This document shows positions 49,056 to 63,800 of a stretch of DNA of 64,000 nucleotides, piece after piece. Position 1 is the first letter of the stretch; every line of letters begins with the position of its first letter. Below the pieces are notes generated by a model. It worked only from the letters and a program-made list of their open reading frames with translations. It did no database searches and had not been told where the DNA came from. The stretch comes from Dendrobates tinctorius (taxonomy: Eukaryota). The translations under genes were made by a program, and so were the position numbers. The stretch spans positions 5,270,001 to 5,334,000 of the forward strand of contig NW_027361708.1 in assembly GCF_039654945.1 (NCBI RefSeq). The letters run 5' to 3'.

Positions 49056-49531
49056 GAACGGAACCTGTCATGTGAAATAACGCTATTAACCTGCATATAT
49101 AGGGTTAACTGCAGGTTAATAACGTTCTGAACCTGCCCGGTGCCAGAACTTAGAGCCCTGTTGATGTGAAGAAATGAACTTTATCCTCCATGGCAGTGTC
49201 TGGCGTTCAGTCATGGGGTTGGTGCTGACACTGGTTCAGTCACCGCTCTGTGCATAGAGAGTGGTGGTAGTAGTAACTGCACCCCCAGCCCTGACTGACA
49301 GCTCGCTCAGCATTAGGGCTGTCAGTCAGGGTCAGGGAAGTGGTTACAGCGGCTGCTGTCTATACACGGAGCGGTGACTGAATGCCGAATAATGCTGGGG
49401 GACAATAAAGTTGATTTCCTCCTGGCAGAGGGGCTTTAAGTGCTGGGCAGGATCAGAGCATTATTACTTTGCAGACTAACCCCATACCTGCAGGTTTTCA
49501 GCGTTTTTTTCTTGTGACAGGTTCCATTTAA
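49056..49531. mobile_element. Kolobok/T2-type palindromic MITE
   Basis: ggaacctgtca...tgacaggttcca-TTTAA ends with long degenerate inverted arms. Confidence 0.6.
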
Positions 49532-50379
49532 CTTTTGTTTTGCCTCTTGCAACCAGTGTAACATTAAAATAATTGCAGAATAAGTCAATTATGCTGTTGA
49601 ACCACGTCAGACCTGAGTTTTAGCATAGTACTTCATCTAACAGTCTGCATCCTATACATGTTTTGGAAAATTGTTGCTGGTGTTTTAACCCCTTAACCCT
49701 GGGGCTGTTTTCCGTATTCTCGTTTTTCGCTCTCTTCTTCCCAGAGCCATAACTTTTTATTTTTCCTATAAAAATGGCCATGTGAGGGCTTTTTTTTTTT
49801 TTTTTTGCAGGAGGAGTTGTACTTTTGAACCACACCATTAAATTTATTATATAATGTACTGGAAAAAAAATACAAGTGTGGTAGAAAAGTGCAATTCCAC
49901 AATTGTTTTTTGCTTTGTTTTATTTTTTACCATGTTCACTAAATGCTAAACCTGACCTACCACTATGATTCTCCAGGTTATTACGAGTTCGTAGATACTA
50001 GACATGTTCCTTTTTCATAAAGCGGTGAAAAAAATCCAAAGTTTGTTAAAAAAGGAAAAGAAAAAAAGTGCCATTTTACGAGACCTGTAGCGTCTCCATT
50101 TTTCACGATCTATGGCTGGGTGAGGGCTTACTTTTTGCAGACCGAGCTAACATTTTTGGATACCATTTTGGGGTCAATACAGTGTTTTGATCGCTTATTG
50201 CATTTTATTGCAGTGTTGCGGCGACCCTAAAAATAATATTTTCTTGTTACACTGTTTACCGATTACATTAATTTTATATTTCGATAGATCGGGCATTTCT
50301 GAACATGGCGATAACAATATATATATATTTTTTTTTCTTCATTTTGAATGAGGCAAAAGGTGGGTGATTTAAACTTTTA

Positions 50380-51270
50380 GGCTGAGTTCACACGTGGCGT
50401 TTTTTTTCGCGTTTCCGCGGCGGTTTTAGCCGCGCGATTTTGCAGCGAAAAATAAGCATCCCATGCTTTCCTATGGGATTCCGCAATGATGTGCTAATGC
50501 TGCGGTTTTTACCACGGCGGAATCGCTTCGCGGTAAAAACGGCAGCATGCTCATTAATTTTGCGGAATCGCGGCGAACCCGCACCCATAGGAATGCATTG
50601 TTCCGCTTACTTCCCACATGTGGCTGTGCACACCATGCGGAAAGTAAGCAGAACATTTGCGGATGGTACCCACGGTCCGGAGGAGAGGAGACTGTCCTCC
50701 GGGCTTTGGGTACCATATCCCTGTAAAAAATAGAATTTATATTAAAAAATATTGTTATTTTTACCTTACGATGTCCCGTGCAGCCTTCCCGCTTCTCTCC
50801 ACGCTCTCGTTCACAGTAATCCTTTGCGGGATCGCGAAGTCTCGCGGTCATTCGCGCGACGTCACTGCGCATTACCGCGAGACATCGCGATTCCGCGAGA
50901 ACGGATGTCTTCGCGGGCATTTTCGCAAAAGATTACTGGGAACGGCTGCGCGGGACGTCGGAAGGTAAGAATAACACCCCATTTTTTTTTTTTGCATTTT
51001 ATCTTTTACTACTGATGCTGCATAGGCGGCCTCAGTAGTAAAAAGTTGGTCACACTTGTCAAACACTATGTTTGACGAGTGTGGCCAACCTGTCAATCAG
51101 TTCTCCAAGCGATGCTACAGATCGCTTGGAAAACGCTAGCATTTTGCAAGCTAAATACACTTGCAAAATGCTAGTTTTTCCGCGGGAAAATCGCGGGAAT
51201 TTAAAACGCGATTTTCCCGCGGAATGGAATGGTAATTTCCGCAAGAGTTCCGGTACGTGTGAAATTAGCC
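50380..51270. mobile_element. Harbinger-type MITE
   Basis: TTA|GGCTGAGTTCACACGT...ACGTGTGAAATTAGCC|TTA with an internal hairpin; further MITE fragments abut to ~51875. Confidence 0.7.
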
Positions 51271-52165
51271 TTAAGGGTGGGTGCACATGGTCAGTAATTG
51301 GCAGCTCTTTGGACTCAGCACATGTCCTCTGCGTCCAAAGCGCTGCTGTCTTTTGATCGCAGGTGATACTGCATGTGTTCACCGAATCGTGCGGATTCAC
51401 CGCGTCCAATACATTGTATGGGTGAGACTTATCTTGTGGAGACTTGCGTCTTCGCAAGATAGACATGCTGCGGTCTGGAGAGATGCGCCGCATGTCCATC
51501 TCCACGCGTGTCAGTGCACGCGTAGTGGGCATGGCATTTTTTAAAATCCCATCCACTATTGCTGGTACATCGCTAAGTGGTCGCTAGTGAGCTGCCACAC
51601 AGGCAGAGCTCACCAGCGACATCGCTGGAGTCGGGCGTCGCTACTTACCTGTCACACTAGGCAATTCTGACGTCCTCCCACCCGGCTCCACACTCGTCCC
51701 TCCGCAGGAAGCTGACGACGAGAAACAGTCCAGGCCGTTCTTGCGCGATCAGCGATAATCAGCGGGGGAGCCGGTCGTAGGCAAGTATCACACACAGCGA
51801 TATCGCTAGCAATATCTCTATGACGTCACAAGTTACAGCGATATTGCTAGCAATATTGCTTAGTGTGACAGGCCCTTTACTGAAGGACCATAATCTGGAA
51901 AGTACGCACAGTGATGTATGCACAGAAGGCCACTAAACAGAGTAGATTGCCGTTCGCCAAGCGATGCTTCAGCTAATTGTTCGGCCGACTCTCCCATACA
52001 TAGAAGCATCGATATTGGTGGTTTTGGACAACAGTCAGATGTGTATGGGGTCCTTAAAGGGAACCTGTCAGCAGGATTGTGGTCAGTCACCTACAGACAG
52101 TGTCAGGTCGGCGCCGTTATGCTGATTGATACCTGGGTTGATAAAATCCGTCTTGTGGTTGTTGT

Positions 52166-55100
52166 TTAACCCCTTCACCCCCAAGGGTGGTTTTCACGTT
52201 CATGACCGGGCCAATTTTTACAATTCTGACCACTGTACCTTTGAGGTCATAACTCTGGAACGCTTCTATGGATCCCGGTGATTCTGACATTGTTTTCTCG
52301 TGATATATTGTACTTCATGTTAGTGGTAAAATTTCATTCAAATAACTTGCGTTTATTTGTGAAAAAAAAGGAAATTTGGCAAAAATTTTGAAAATTTCTC
52401 AATTTTCCAACTTTGAATTTTTATGCCCTTAAATCACAGAGATACAGCACACAAAAAACTTGATAACTAACATTTCCCACATGTTTACTTTACATCAGCA
52501 CAATTTTGGAACCAAAATTTTTTTTTGTTAGGAAGTTATAAGGGTTAAAAGTTAACCAGCGATTTCTCATTTTTACAACACCATTTTATTTTTAGGACCA
52601 CATCACATTTGAAGCCACTTTGAGGGGTCTATATGATAGAAAATACCCAAAAGTGACACCATTCTAAAAACTGCACCCCTTAAGGTGCTCAAAACCACAT
52701 TCAAGAAGTTTATTAACCCTTTAGGTGCGTCACAGGAATTTTTTTGAATATTTAAAAAAAAAAAATGAACATCTAACTTTTTTTCACAAAAAAAATACTT
52801 CAGGTTCAATTTTTTTTATTTTATCAAGGGTAACAGGAGAAATTGGACTGCAAAAGTTATTGTGCAATTTGTCCTGAGTACGCTGATACCTGATTTGTGG
52901 GGGGGAACGACTGTTTCGGTGCATGGCAGAGCTCAGAATGGAAGGAGCGCCGTTTGACTTTTTCAATGCAAAATTGGCTGGAATTCAGATCGGACGCCAT
53001 GTCACGTTTGGAGAGTCCCTGATGTACCTAAACAGTGGAAACCCCCTACAAGTGACCCCATTTTGGAAACTAGACCCCCCAAGGAACTTATCTAGATATG
53101 TGGTGAGAACTTTGAACCCACAAGGGCTTTACAGAAGTTTATAACGTACAGCGGTACAATTAAAAAATCATATTTTTTCCACAAAAATGATCTTTTCACC
53201 CCAATTTTTATTTTCCCAAGGGTAACAGGACCCTAAAAGTTATTGTGCAATTTGTCCTGAGTATGCTGATACTCCACATGTGGGGGTAAACCACTATTTG
53301 GGCGCATGGCAGAGCTCAGAAGGGAAGCAGCGCCATTTGACGTTTTTGGCTGGAATTGAGATCGGACATCATGTCGCGATTGGAAAACCCCTGATGTACC
53401 AAAACAGTGGAAACCCCCCACAAATGACACCATTTTGGAAACTAGACCCCCCAAGGAACTTATCTAGATGTGTGGTGAGCACTTTGAACCCCCCAGTGCT
53501 TCACAGAAGTTTATAACGCCCGGGCGTGAAAATAAAAAATTCGTATTTTTTCCACAAACATGATCTTTTAGTCACCATTTTTTTTATTTTCCCAACGGTA
53601 ACAGGAGAAATTGAACCCCAAAAGTTGTTGTCCAATTTGTCCTGAGTAAGCTGACACCCCATATGTGGGAGAAAACTACTGTATGGACACACGTCAGGGC
53701 TCGGAAGGGAAGTAGTGACGTTTTGGAATGCAGACATTGATGGAATGGTCTGCGGGTGTCATGTTGCCTTTGGAGAGCCCCTAATGTACCTAAACAGTGG
53801 AAACCCCCCACAAATGACCCCATTTTGAAAACTAGACCCCCTAAGGAACTTATCTAGATGTGAGGTGAGCACTTTGAACCCCCAAGTGCTTCACAGAAGT
53901 TTATAACGCTCGGACGTGAAAATAAAAAAATCATTTTTTTCCACAAAAATGATATTTTTGCCCCCAATTTTTTATTTTCCTAAGGGTAACAGGAGAAATT
54001 GGACCCCAAAAATTGTTTTGCAATTTGTCCTGAGTAGGCTGATACCCTACATGTGGGGGTAAAACACTGTTTGGGCGCATGGCAGAGCTTGGAAGGGAAG
54101 GAGCACCATATGACTTTTTCAACTCAGAATTGGCTGGAATTGAGATCAGACGCAATGTTGCATTTGGAGAGCCCCTGATGTGCCCAAACAGTGGAAACCC
54201 CCAATTCTAACTCCAACCCGAACCCCAACACAACCCAAGCCCTAACCCAAGCCCTAACCCAAGCCCTAACCCAAGCCCTAACCCAAGCCCTAACCCAAGC
54301 CCTAACCCAAGCCCTAACCCAAGCCCTAACCCAAGCCCTAACCCAAGCCCTAACCCAAGCCCTAACCCAAGCCCTAACCCAAGCCCTAACCCAAGCCCTA
54401 ACCCAAGCCCTAACCCAAGCCCTAACCCAAGCCCTAACCCAAGCCCTAACCCAAGCCCTAACCCAAGCCCTAACCCAAGCCCTAACCCAAGCCCTAACCC
54501 AAGCCCTAACCCAAGCCCTAACCCAAGCCCTAACCCAAGCCCTAACCCAAGCCCTAACCCAAGCCCTAACCCAAGCCCTAACCCAAGCCCTAACCCAAGC
54601 CCTAACCCAAGCCCTAACCCAAGCCCTAACCCAAGCCCTAACCCAAGCCCTAACCCAAGCCCTAACCCAAGCCCTAACCCAAGCCCTAACCCAAGCCCTA
54701 ACCCAAGCCCTAACCCAAGCCCTAACCCAAGCCCTAACCCAAGCCCTAACCCAAGCCCTAACCCAAGCCCTAACCCAAGCCCTAACCCAAGCCCTAACCC
54801 AAGCCCTAACCCAAGCCCTAACCCAAGCCCTAACCCAAGCCCTAACCCAAGCCCTAACCCAAGCCCTAACCCAAGCCCTAACCCAAGCCCTAACCCAAGC
54901 CCTAACCCAAGCCCTAACCCAAGCCCTAACCCAAGCCCTAACCCAAGCCCTAACCCAAGCCCTAACCCAAGCCCTAACCCAAGCCCTAACCCAAGCCCTA
55001 ACCCAAGCCCTAACCCAAGCCCTAACCCAAGCCCTAACCCAAGCCCTAACCCAAGCCCTAACCCAAGCCCTAACCCAAGCCCTAACCCAAGCCCTAACCC

Positions 55101-57345
55101 AAGCCCTAACCCAAGCCCTAACCCAAGCCCTAACCCAAGCCCTAACCCAAGCCCTAACCCAAGCCCTAACCCAAGCCCTAACCCAAGCCCTAACCCAAGC
55201 CCTAACCCAAGCCCTAACCCAAGCCCTAACCCAAGCCCTAACCCAAGCCCTAACCCAAGCCCTAACCCAAGCCCTAACCCAAGCCCTAACCCAAGCCCTA
55301 ACCCAAGCCCTAACCCAAGCCCTAACCCAAGCCCTAACCCAAGCCCTAACCCAAGCCCTAACCCAAGCCCTAACCCAAGCCCTAACCCAAGCCCTAACCC
55401 AAGCCCTAACCCAAGCCCTAACCCAAGCCCTAACCCAAGCCCTAACCCAAGCCCTAACCCAAGCCCTAACCCAAGCCCTAACCCAAGCCCTAACCCAAGC
55501 CCTAACCCAAGCCCTAACCCAAGCCCTAACCCAAGCCCTAACCCAAGCCCTAACCCAAGCCCTAACCCAAGCCCTAACCCAAGCCCTAACCCAAGCCCTA
55601 ACCCAAGCCCTAACCCAAGCCCTAACCCAAGCCCTAACCCAAGCCCTAACCCAAGCCCTAACCCAAGCCCTAACCCAAGCCCTAACCCAAGCCCTAACCC
55701 AAGCCCTAACCCAAGCCCTAACCCAAGCCCTAACCCAAGCCCTAGCCCAAGCCCTAGCCCAAGCCCTAGCCCAAGCCCTAGCCCAAGCCCTAGCCCTAGC
55801 CCAAGCCCTAGCCCTAACCCAAGCCCTAACCCAAGCCCTAACCCAAGCCCTAACCCAAGCCCTAACCCAAGCCCTAACCCAAGCCCTAACCCAAGCCCTA
55901 ACCCAAGCCCTAACCCAAGCCCTAACCCAAGCCCTAACCCAAGCCCTAACCCAAGCCCTAACCCAAGCCCTAACCCAAGCCCTAACCCAAGCCCTAACCC
56001 AAGCCCTAACCCAAGCCCTAGCCCAAGCCCTAACCCAAGCCCTAGCCCAAGCCCTAACCCAAGCCCTAGCCCAAGCCCTAGCCCAAGCCCTAGCCCAAGC
56101 CCTAACCCTAGCCCAAGCCCTAGCCCAAGCCCTAGCCCTAATGGAAAAATGGAAATAAATACATTTTTTTAATTTTATTATTTTTCCCTAACTAAGGGGG
56201 TGATAACGGGGGATTTGATTTACTATTTATAGCGGTTTTTATTTTTGGCAGCTGTCGCACGCTAAAAGACGCTTTTTATTGTAAAAATAGTTTTTGCATC
56301 ACCACATATTGAGAGTTACAGCGATACCTCATTTAGGTCGTTTTTTTATGTTTTGTCGGTTTTTTGCAATGAAAACTATTTTATATAAAAAATAATTATT
56401 TTTGCATCGCTTTATTCTGCGAGCTATAACTTTTTTATTTTTTCGCTGATGATGCTGTGTGGCGGTTCGTTTTTTGCGGGACAAGATGACGTTTTCGGCG
56501 GTACCATGGATATTTATATGCGTCTTTTTGATCGCGCGTTATTGCACTTTTTGTTTGGCGGTATGATAATAAATCATTATTTTTTGCTTCGTTTTTTATT
56601 TTTATTTTTTAAGGGGTTCGCTAAAGGGGTTAACTAATGGGACAGTTTTATAGGGCGGGTCGTTACGGACGCGGCAATACCTAATATGTGTACTTTCATT
56701 GTTTTGGATTTTTTTATTTTCAAAAAATGAATTTATTGGGGAATATTTTTTTTTTTTTTTAAATTATTTTTACTTTTTTTTAATTTTTTTTTTTACTTTA
56801 TTACATAGTCCCAGGTGGGACATCACTGTCCTGTGACAGATCGCTGATCTGTCACATCACAGATCACTGTGAGAGATCAGCAATCTGTCACAGGCAGTGC
56901 ACAAGGCTTCCTCATGCCTGCGCTTTGCAGGCACTGAGGAAGCCAGCTTCCTCCAGGCCCCCGAAGGCCCCCGTCACCATCTTGGATCCGGGGGCCTGGA
57001 GGAAAGGAGTCCCCCGCAGCAGCGCTGCACATTGCGCTGCCGTGGGGGGCTCAGGGAAGCACGGAGGGAGCCCCCTCCCTGCCGATGCTTCCCTTTAACT
57101 CCCGGTACACCGCGATCATGTTTGATCGCGGTGTGCAAGGGGTTAACGTGTCGGGGGCGGTCCGTGACCGCCCCTGACACATAGTGCCGGATGTCAGCTG
57201 TGATAATCAGCTGACTCCCGGCCGCGATCAGCGGCGCTCACCACGTGGGCGCCGCTGATCGCGCTAGACGTACTATCCCGTCCATGGGCATAGGGGCCCG
57301 GGTCCCATGGACAGGATAGTACGTCTGATGGCAGGAAGGGGTTAA
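52166..57345. mobile_element. Complete piggyBac-type non-autonomous element with ~400-bp internal subrepeats and an expanded telomere-like array
   Basis: TTAAccccttc...gaaggggTTAA with TTAA at both ends; colinear with 28144-30862. Confidence 0.85.
54232..56141 (-). repeat. 12-bp telomere-like array (TTAGGG-CTTGGG)n, ~159 units
   Basis: Plus-strand unit aacccaagccct, perfect to ~55743, then mixed with agcccaagccct variants. Confidence 0.98.
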
Positions 57346-57822
57346 TCTATATTTTCAGTTTCTGTTAACGATATGCCTGTGCTCCAGGTATCCCGTGGAG
57401 GGTCTTCATGTGGTGCTCTGATTAGCTATTCATCAATATGGCTTCTGACAGGTCACTGATCCTTCACTGACTTTCCCCCTAGTTTACATAACAAATATTA
57501 TATTTAAATAAAAAAAAAATCACCTGCAGCAGGCAGGTTCCGGAGGCGCCTACGCAGCAGCAAGATTGCATGTGTAATGTGTATTAAATTGTTTAATTTG
57601 ATGATATAAAAGTAAATTCATAAAAAAATAATAGATGCCTCCCTCCAAGATGACAGTACCTATCGGCGATTGTCAATAGCTGCTACTGCGCAGGTAGGGT
57701 CATTTTGGAGGAGGCATCTATTTTTTTTTTTTTATGAATTTACTTTTATATCATCAAGTAAAACAATTTAATACACATTACATATGTGATAATGCTGTTG
57801 CGCAGGTGATGATTTATTTTTT

Positions 57823-57884
<62 letters not shown>

Positions 57885-58460
57885 TTATGTAAACTGGGGG
57901 GGGTAGATCTCTGAGGGACCAGTGACCTGTCATAAGCCCATACAGATGCGTATGTAAGCAGAGCTCCAAGAACTCCCACCCCCTCCCGCAGTCCACCCCT
58001 GGAGCACAAACATATCATTAAAGGGAATCTGTCACCCAATTTTCGGCCTGCAAGCTGCCAGCACTGCCATCAGGGGCTTATCTACAGCATTCTGTAATGC
58101 CTTAGATAAGTTCCCAATGTAGCTTGAAAGATAAGAAAAACAAGTTAGATTATACTCACCCCGGCGTCCGGTGCCTCCCATCTTCATACGATGCCGTCCT
58201 TCTTACTTCTGCTGCGGCTCCAGCGTACTTTATCTTCCCTGTTGAGGGCAGAGCAGAGTACTGCAGTGTGCAGGCGCTGGACCTCTCTGACCTTTTCCGG
58301 CGCCTGCGCACTGTAGTACTTTACTCTGCCCTCAACAGGGCAGAGAAAGTACGCCAGAGCCGTGGCAGAAGTAGGAAGGAGGACGTCATCGTATGAAGAT
58401 GGGAGGCGCCAACCGGAAACTGTGTAGGTTACTCATCCCATTCCTGCTAACAGGTTCCCT

Positions 58461-59680
58461 TTCACCCCTTTCCGACATCAGGCGTAATAGTACACCGATG
58501 TTGTACTCCCTCCCTTTGATGTGGGCTCCGGTGCTGAGCCCACGTCTTAACCAGCACATGTCAGTTGTTTTGAACAGCTGACATGTGCCCGGAACAGCCG
58601 CAGGTGGATTCGTGATCCATCCACGGCTATTAACCCGTTAAATGCATTTAACATGCAATTCCAGCAATCACGTCAGAAATCCGCCCATCGGTGACCCCTG
58701 TCATGTGATCGTGAGTCACTGATGAGTCGGCATTACAACCAGAGGTCTCCTGCAGACCTCTTTGGTTGTCAATGCCGGATTGCTATGAGTGCCGCCTGAT
58801 GGTCGGCGCTCATGGCAAGTCAGCCACTATGCTACATAAAGGCGATCTGATCATCGCCTGTATGTAACAGAGCTGATTGGGTTATGGCAGCTTCTAGTGT
58901 CTCATGGAGACTATTGAAGCATGACAAAAGTAAAAAAAAAAAAGTTTTAAAAAAAATATAAACGTTCAAATCGCCCCCCTTTCGCCCCATTCAAAATAAA
59001 ACCATAAAAAAAAATCAAACATACACATATTTGGTATCGCCGCGTTCAGAATCGCCCGATCTATCAATAAAAAAAAGAATTAAACCGATCTGTAAACGGC
59101 TTAATGAGAAAAAAAAATTCAAAATGCCAGAATTACGTTATTTTGGTCGCCTCAACATTGCATTAAAATGCAATAACGGGCGATCAAAAGATCGTATCTG
59201 CACCAAAATGGTATCATTAGAAACGTCAGTTCAGCAAGCAAATAAGCCCCACCCAATCCGAGATCACGAAAAATGGATACGCTACGGGTCTCAGAAGATG
59301 GTGCAATTTTTTTTTTTTCTAACAAACTTTGGAATTTTTTTTCACCACTTACCGTAAATAAAAAAGAACCTAGACATGTTTGGTGTCTATGAACTCGTAA
59401 TGACCTGGAGAATCATAATGTCAGGTCAGCTTTAGCATGTAGTCAACATGGTGGAAAAAAAAATAAAAAAAACAACTGATTGCACTTTTTTTTTTTTTTG
59501 CCGTTTCACCACACTTGGAATTTTTTTTTTCCCGTTTTCAAATACACGGCAATGTAAAACCAATGGTGTCTTCAAAAGTACAACTCATCCTGCAAAAAAA
59601 CAAGCACTCACACGGCCATTTTGATAAAAAAATAAAAATGTTATGGCTCTGGGAAGAAGGGGAGCAATAAATGAAAATGC
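58461..59680. mobile_element. piggyBac-type MITE (one end seen)
   Basis: ttcacccctttccgacatc start; reverse-orientation relative of 10138-10772 and 49685-50376. Confidence 0.6.
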
Positions 59681-60148
59681 ATCAACGGTCGCATCAACGT
59701 GTATTTTTTTTTTTTTTTTTGTGTGTGAAATAAAAACCAAAAAGCACCGCTGTAGAAATTCTTTATTATCATACGTACTGTAGACAGTTTGTGAAACCCT
59801 TTTTATTTTTGTATTTTTTTTTTTCCCCCTACCTCCCCCATATTTAAACCATAATGTCTTTGTACCCTCACATGAGCATGGATGTTAGTATTAGTACAGT
59901 TTAATTACATTTATGATAAAGTAAACTATGACCGACCAGCTCCCCCCCCCCCCTGCTGTTTTTACGTTTGCTGTTGTGTATTTTTTGGTGCATTCTTACT
60001 TCACGCCTGCACTTCATACATGAACCCATTTTTTTTTTTCCCCCTGAATGGTCACTTTTTTCAGACAAAATTTCTTTTTCATAAATTACTTGATAAAATT
60101 TCCAAAACAGTTTTATGGTTGCACATGTGCTTTGCATTGGCAGCTTTA

Positions 60149-60529
60149 GGGTACGTGCACACGCTGCGGAATCCGCTGCGGATTAATCGGCACGGATTTT
60201 GCAAAAACCGCAGATAATCCGCAGGTCCAAAGACCTGCGGATTATCTGCGGTTTTGCCTGCGGTTTGGTCCTGCGGATTCACTATCTCCACAATGGTGGA
60301 GATAGGAACCCGCAGCGGTTTCCGCAGAAAGAATTGACATGCAATTCTTTCTGCGGATTCAAAACCGCAGCAAATCCGCGCGGTTTTTTCCGCAGCGTCG
60401 GCACAGCGTTTTTTTTTTTCCCATTCAAATGAATGGTACTGTACACCGCAGCTAAAACTGCTGCGTGTCCGCAGCTGCCAAAACCGCTGCGGAAACGCAG
60501 CGGAATCCGCAGCGTGTGCACACAGCTCC
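60149..60529. mobile_element. Harbinger-type palindromic MITE
   Basis: TTA|gggtacgtgcacacgctgcggaatccgctgcg...cgcagcggaatccgcagcgtgtgcac. Confidence 0.7.
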
Positions 60530-60814
60530 TGAAAACCCTGCAAAAATGCAACAAGCAAACCTGTAAAAAGGCGGCTAAATTGTTTTACCTGGACCTTTTT
60601 TACTGCCAAAAGATCAGGTTTTGGTTGCAGGAAAAAAGCATCAAAAAAGCAACTTCTGAACACACAGTTTTCTTATGTACCATTCTCTCTTTTTGTGCTG
60701 GGACATTTCTTTCTGCTTCTGTTACTTCATGGGTCAAATTTAATGTCTTCCTTACATTTGCAGTATATATACATGTCATGTGTAGGAGTGTATGACTTCC
60801 AACTAATGCAGTAT

Positions 60815-63800
60815 ATATACGTCATGGTGATCATCCCCTGTGCGCGGGCGATCGCTTCCAGGTGTCAGCTGATTCTGACAGCTGAGACCCAGCTCTCAGT
60901 GCCTTGATCGTTGCCCGCACCGCTTCCAGCACTTTAACCCCCTAAATGCTGCCATCACATCATTTAGCGAGCAGGCCGAGGGAAGAATTCCCCACTGCCC
61001 TTGATCAACGACCCCGCAATAACTGTTGCTGTGACCCGATGTCGTCATGACAACATTCGGGCTACTAGGCACTAGCAAGTTAGTTAGATCATGCACAGTG
61101 CATGATCTAACTAAATTGTGTCTGCAGGGCTGACAGGCTCCTGCATTGCTATACCTTATAACTGCGATCAAATTGCTGAAAGTGAAAGCCCCATAGTGGG
61201 ACTATGTAAAAAAGTTGTAAAAATATTTGTAAAATATCATATATACTCGAGTATAAGCTGACCTTAGTATAAACCGACGCATCTAATTTTACCACGAAAA
61301 AATGGGAAAACTTATTGATTCGAGTATAAGCCGAATATGCATTGTCCCCTCATCCCTATCCTGGTATGCACCGCCTCCTCATCCCTATCCTGGTATGCAT
61401 TGCCCCTTCATCCCCATTCTTGTATGCGTGGTCCCCTGATCCCTATCCTGGTATGCGTGGTCCCCTGATCCCTATCCTGGTATGCATGGTCCCCTGATCC
61501 TTATCCTGGTATGTATGGCCCCCATTAGCAAAGCCTAAAAAAAATCATCTTGCACTACTTACTGTCCCTGTGCCCTCTCGCAGCATCTTGTTCCGTTGCC
61601 AGCAGTTGCAGCAGCCGGGCGATTACGTGTCCCTGCTACTTAAGAATTAATATTCACTGCACTCCACGCCTATGGGAGTGGAGACTGGTGAATATTCATT
61701 TCTCTTACATAGCAGGCACACGTGATCACCCGGCCGATGCTGGAAGTCGCTGGCTGCGGCAGACACTGTGCGCACTATTACAGAGAAATGAATATTCACT
61801 GCCAGCGCAGTGAATATTAATTTCTCTTTAGCATCTGGCACAGGAGTTAACTGCAGCAGGCTGCTCCTGCCTCCTGTGACCTGCTGCTCCCCCTCCATTT
61901 TCTGGGACAATGACTCGAATATAAGCCGAGGGGGGCGTTTTCAGCACAAAAAAAGTGTTGAAAAACTCGAGTACATACAGTAATCACAAAATAATAAATA
62001 TATGTATATTGTACCCAGAAATAAATATTCTCAAGTTTTTTTTAATAAAAAATAAAAGTACACATATTTAGTATCGCCGCTTTCGGAACGAACCGACCTA
62101 TAAATCTGTCCCCCCAGTTAATCCTTTTAGTGAACACCTTAAAAATAAAAAACAATGCAAAAAATGATGCTTTATCATTATACCACTTAACAAAAAGTGG
62201 AATAAAATGCGATCAAAAAGACGAATGTAAATAAAAATAGTAGAAACAAGGCTACATGCAGCTTTATCAGTCGAAAAATAAGTTATAGCTGTTAGAAGTT
62301 GCCTTATCAATTTTGCCACACATGGAACAGAAAAATGGTACCAATAAAACCATCAACTTGAACCACAAAGAAAAAAGTCACAAGACTGTCAGAAGAAATA
62401 TAGAAAAATTATATCTCAAAATATGGCGATGCAAAAACTAGTTTTTGGGAAAAAAAATCTTCCTTTAGTGTGTGACAGCAGCCAAACATAAAAATCAGAT
62501 ATAAATCTGGTATCGCTGTAATCGCACAGACACAAAAAATGAAGTTGTCCAAACATTTATACCGCACGAGGAACAGCGTAAAAAAATAGATGAAACTAAT
62601 TCTTCATCTGCTGTTGATTTGTTCATTCTGCCTCCCAAAGATTGGATTAAGGTTCGGCTCACATCAGGATTTCCATGTAAATCTCTGAAATATATGATTC
62701 AGACAGAACCCCGGCAAAAGATTCCCTACATTGAGGCAGATGGAGGCACTGTAGATGCAGTCTGACCTGTGATCCGGTGGTGTCAGTCCTTTTAGGCATG
62801 CATAAAATTGCAGTCGTTTTGTGCACTTCTGAAAATTGGGAGACTGCTGAACAGAATCCAGACGGAGTCCAGAGTAACTTTGCTGCCTCATTAAAGCGAT
62901 ACCTCGCTCAGGAGATTTTGATGGAAACTCTGCTGTAAGTGATCACCTTAGAGTGCTGGATAACTGTGATCCCAAACGTTATGTAAAATACTCCCGATGA
63001 AAACTTCAACTCAATCCACAAAAAAAAAAGCAAGTCCCCACTCAGGTCTGTCATCTGTTAATGGAAATATAGAGGACTTCCACGCTACTGGTAGCACAAA
63101 GTCTCTGGAGTAGTGAAATGACTCCTCCCCCCCAAAAAAATAATAATAAAAAAAAATTCTGCGCTCCTAAATCCGAATGCCCCTCTGTTCTGAGCCCAGT
63201 GTGCCTAATCCACAATTATTATTCACATGTTTGGCATTTCTGTAGCAATGAGAGCATGAGCTGGGCACCATGCATGGGCACTACGTTGCTGGTCACTGCA
63301 AAGACAGTTTGCAATTTTCACTCGGCAACATCCACTGCTGCTTGTTTCTGGAAAACACCCATGGAGTCCAAATCATTAATACACCTGTAGATAAGTTCCC
63401 AAATGGGTATAATTTCCAACATGGGGTCACTTCAGGGGGAATTCTGCTCTTCTAGCACTTAGGGGCTCTGTATATGGAGTCCGCAAACTATTCTAGGAAA
63501 ATCTGCGCTCCAGGAGGATAGCTCCATCCCTCCCGAGTCTCATCATGTAGCTAAGCAGTACAGTACAGCCACAAAAGGGGTATTTCTACGTTCAGCAGAA
63601 ATTGTGGAACAAATTTTGGTGTCTTTTTTTACCATTTTCCCAGTATGCAGATGTAAAATCTGGTGCTAACAGACAAACTTGGTTGTAAAAATTGTATTTA
63701 TTTTTTTCTTCATTACCTGATAGTATAAAATTCTGTGACCCACCTGTGGTGTCAACATGATCACTGCACCCCTAGATGAATTCATTGAGAGGTGTAGTCT

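Larger units (their letters stand above)
52054..58464. mobile_element. Kolobok/T2-type MITE hosting nested insertions
   Basis: TTAA|AGGGAACCTGTCAGCAGG ... CCTGCTAACAGGTTCCCT|TTCA; central hairpin at ~57440-57940; a second TTAAAGGGAATCTG end at ~58018. Confidence 0.6.

Noticed and set aside
54232-56141. True telomere or chromosome-fusion scar
   Set aside because: Not pure TTAGGG, single orientation, and embedded at a homologous slot within a TTAA-bounded element.
54191-56158. 655-aa (QALT)n ORF
   Set aside because: Translation of the 12-bp array; GTG start inside a MITE; no coding evidence.
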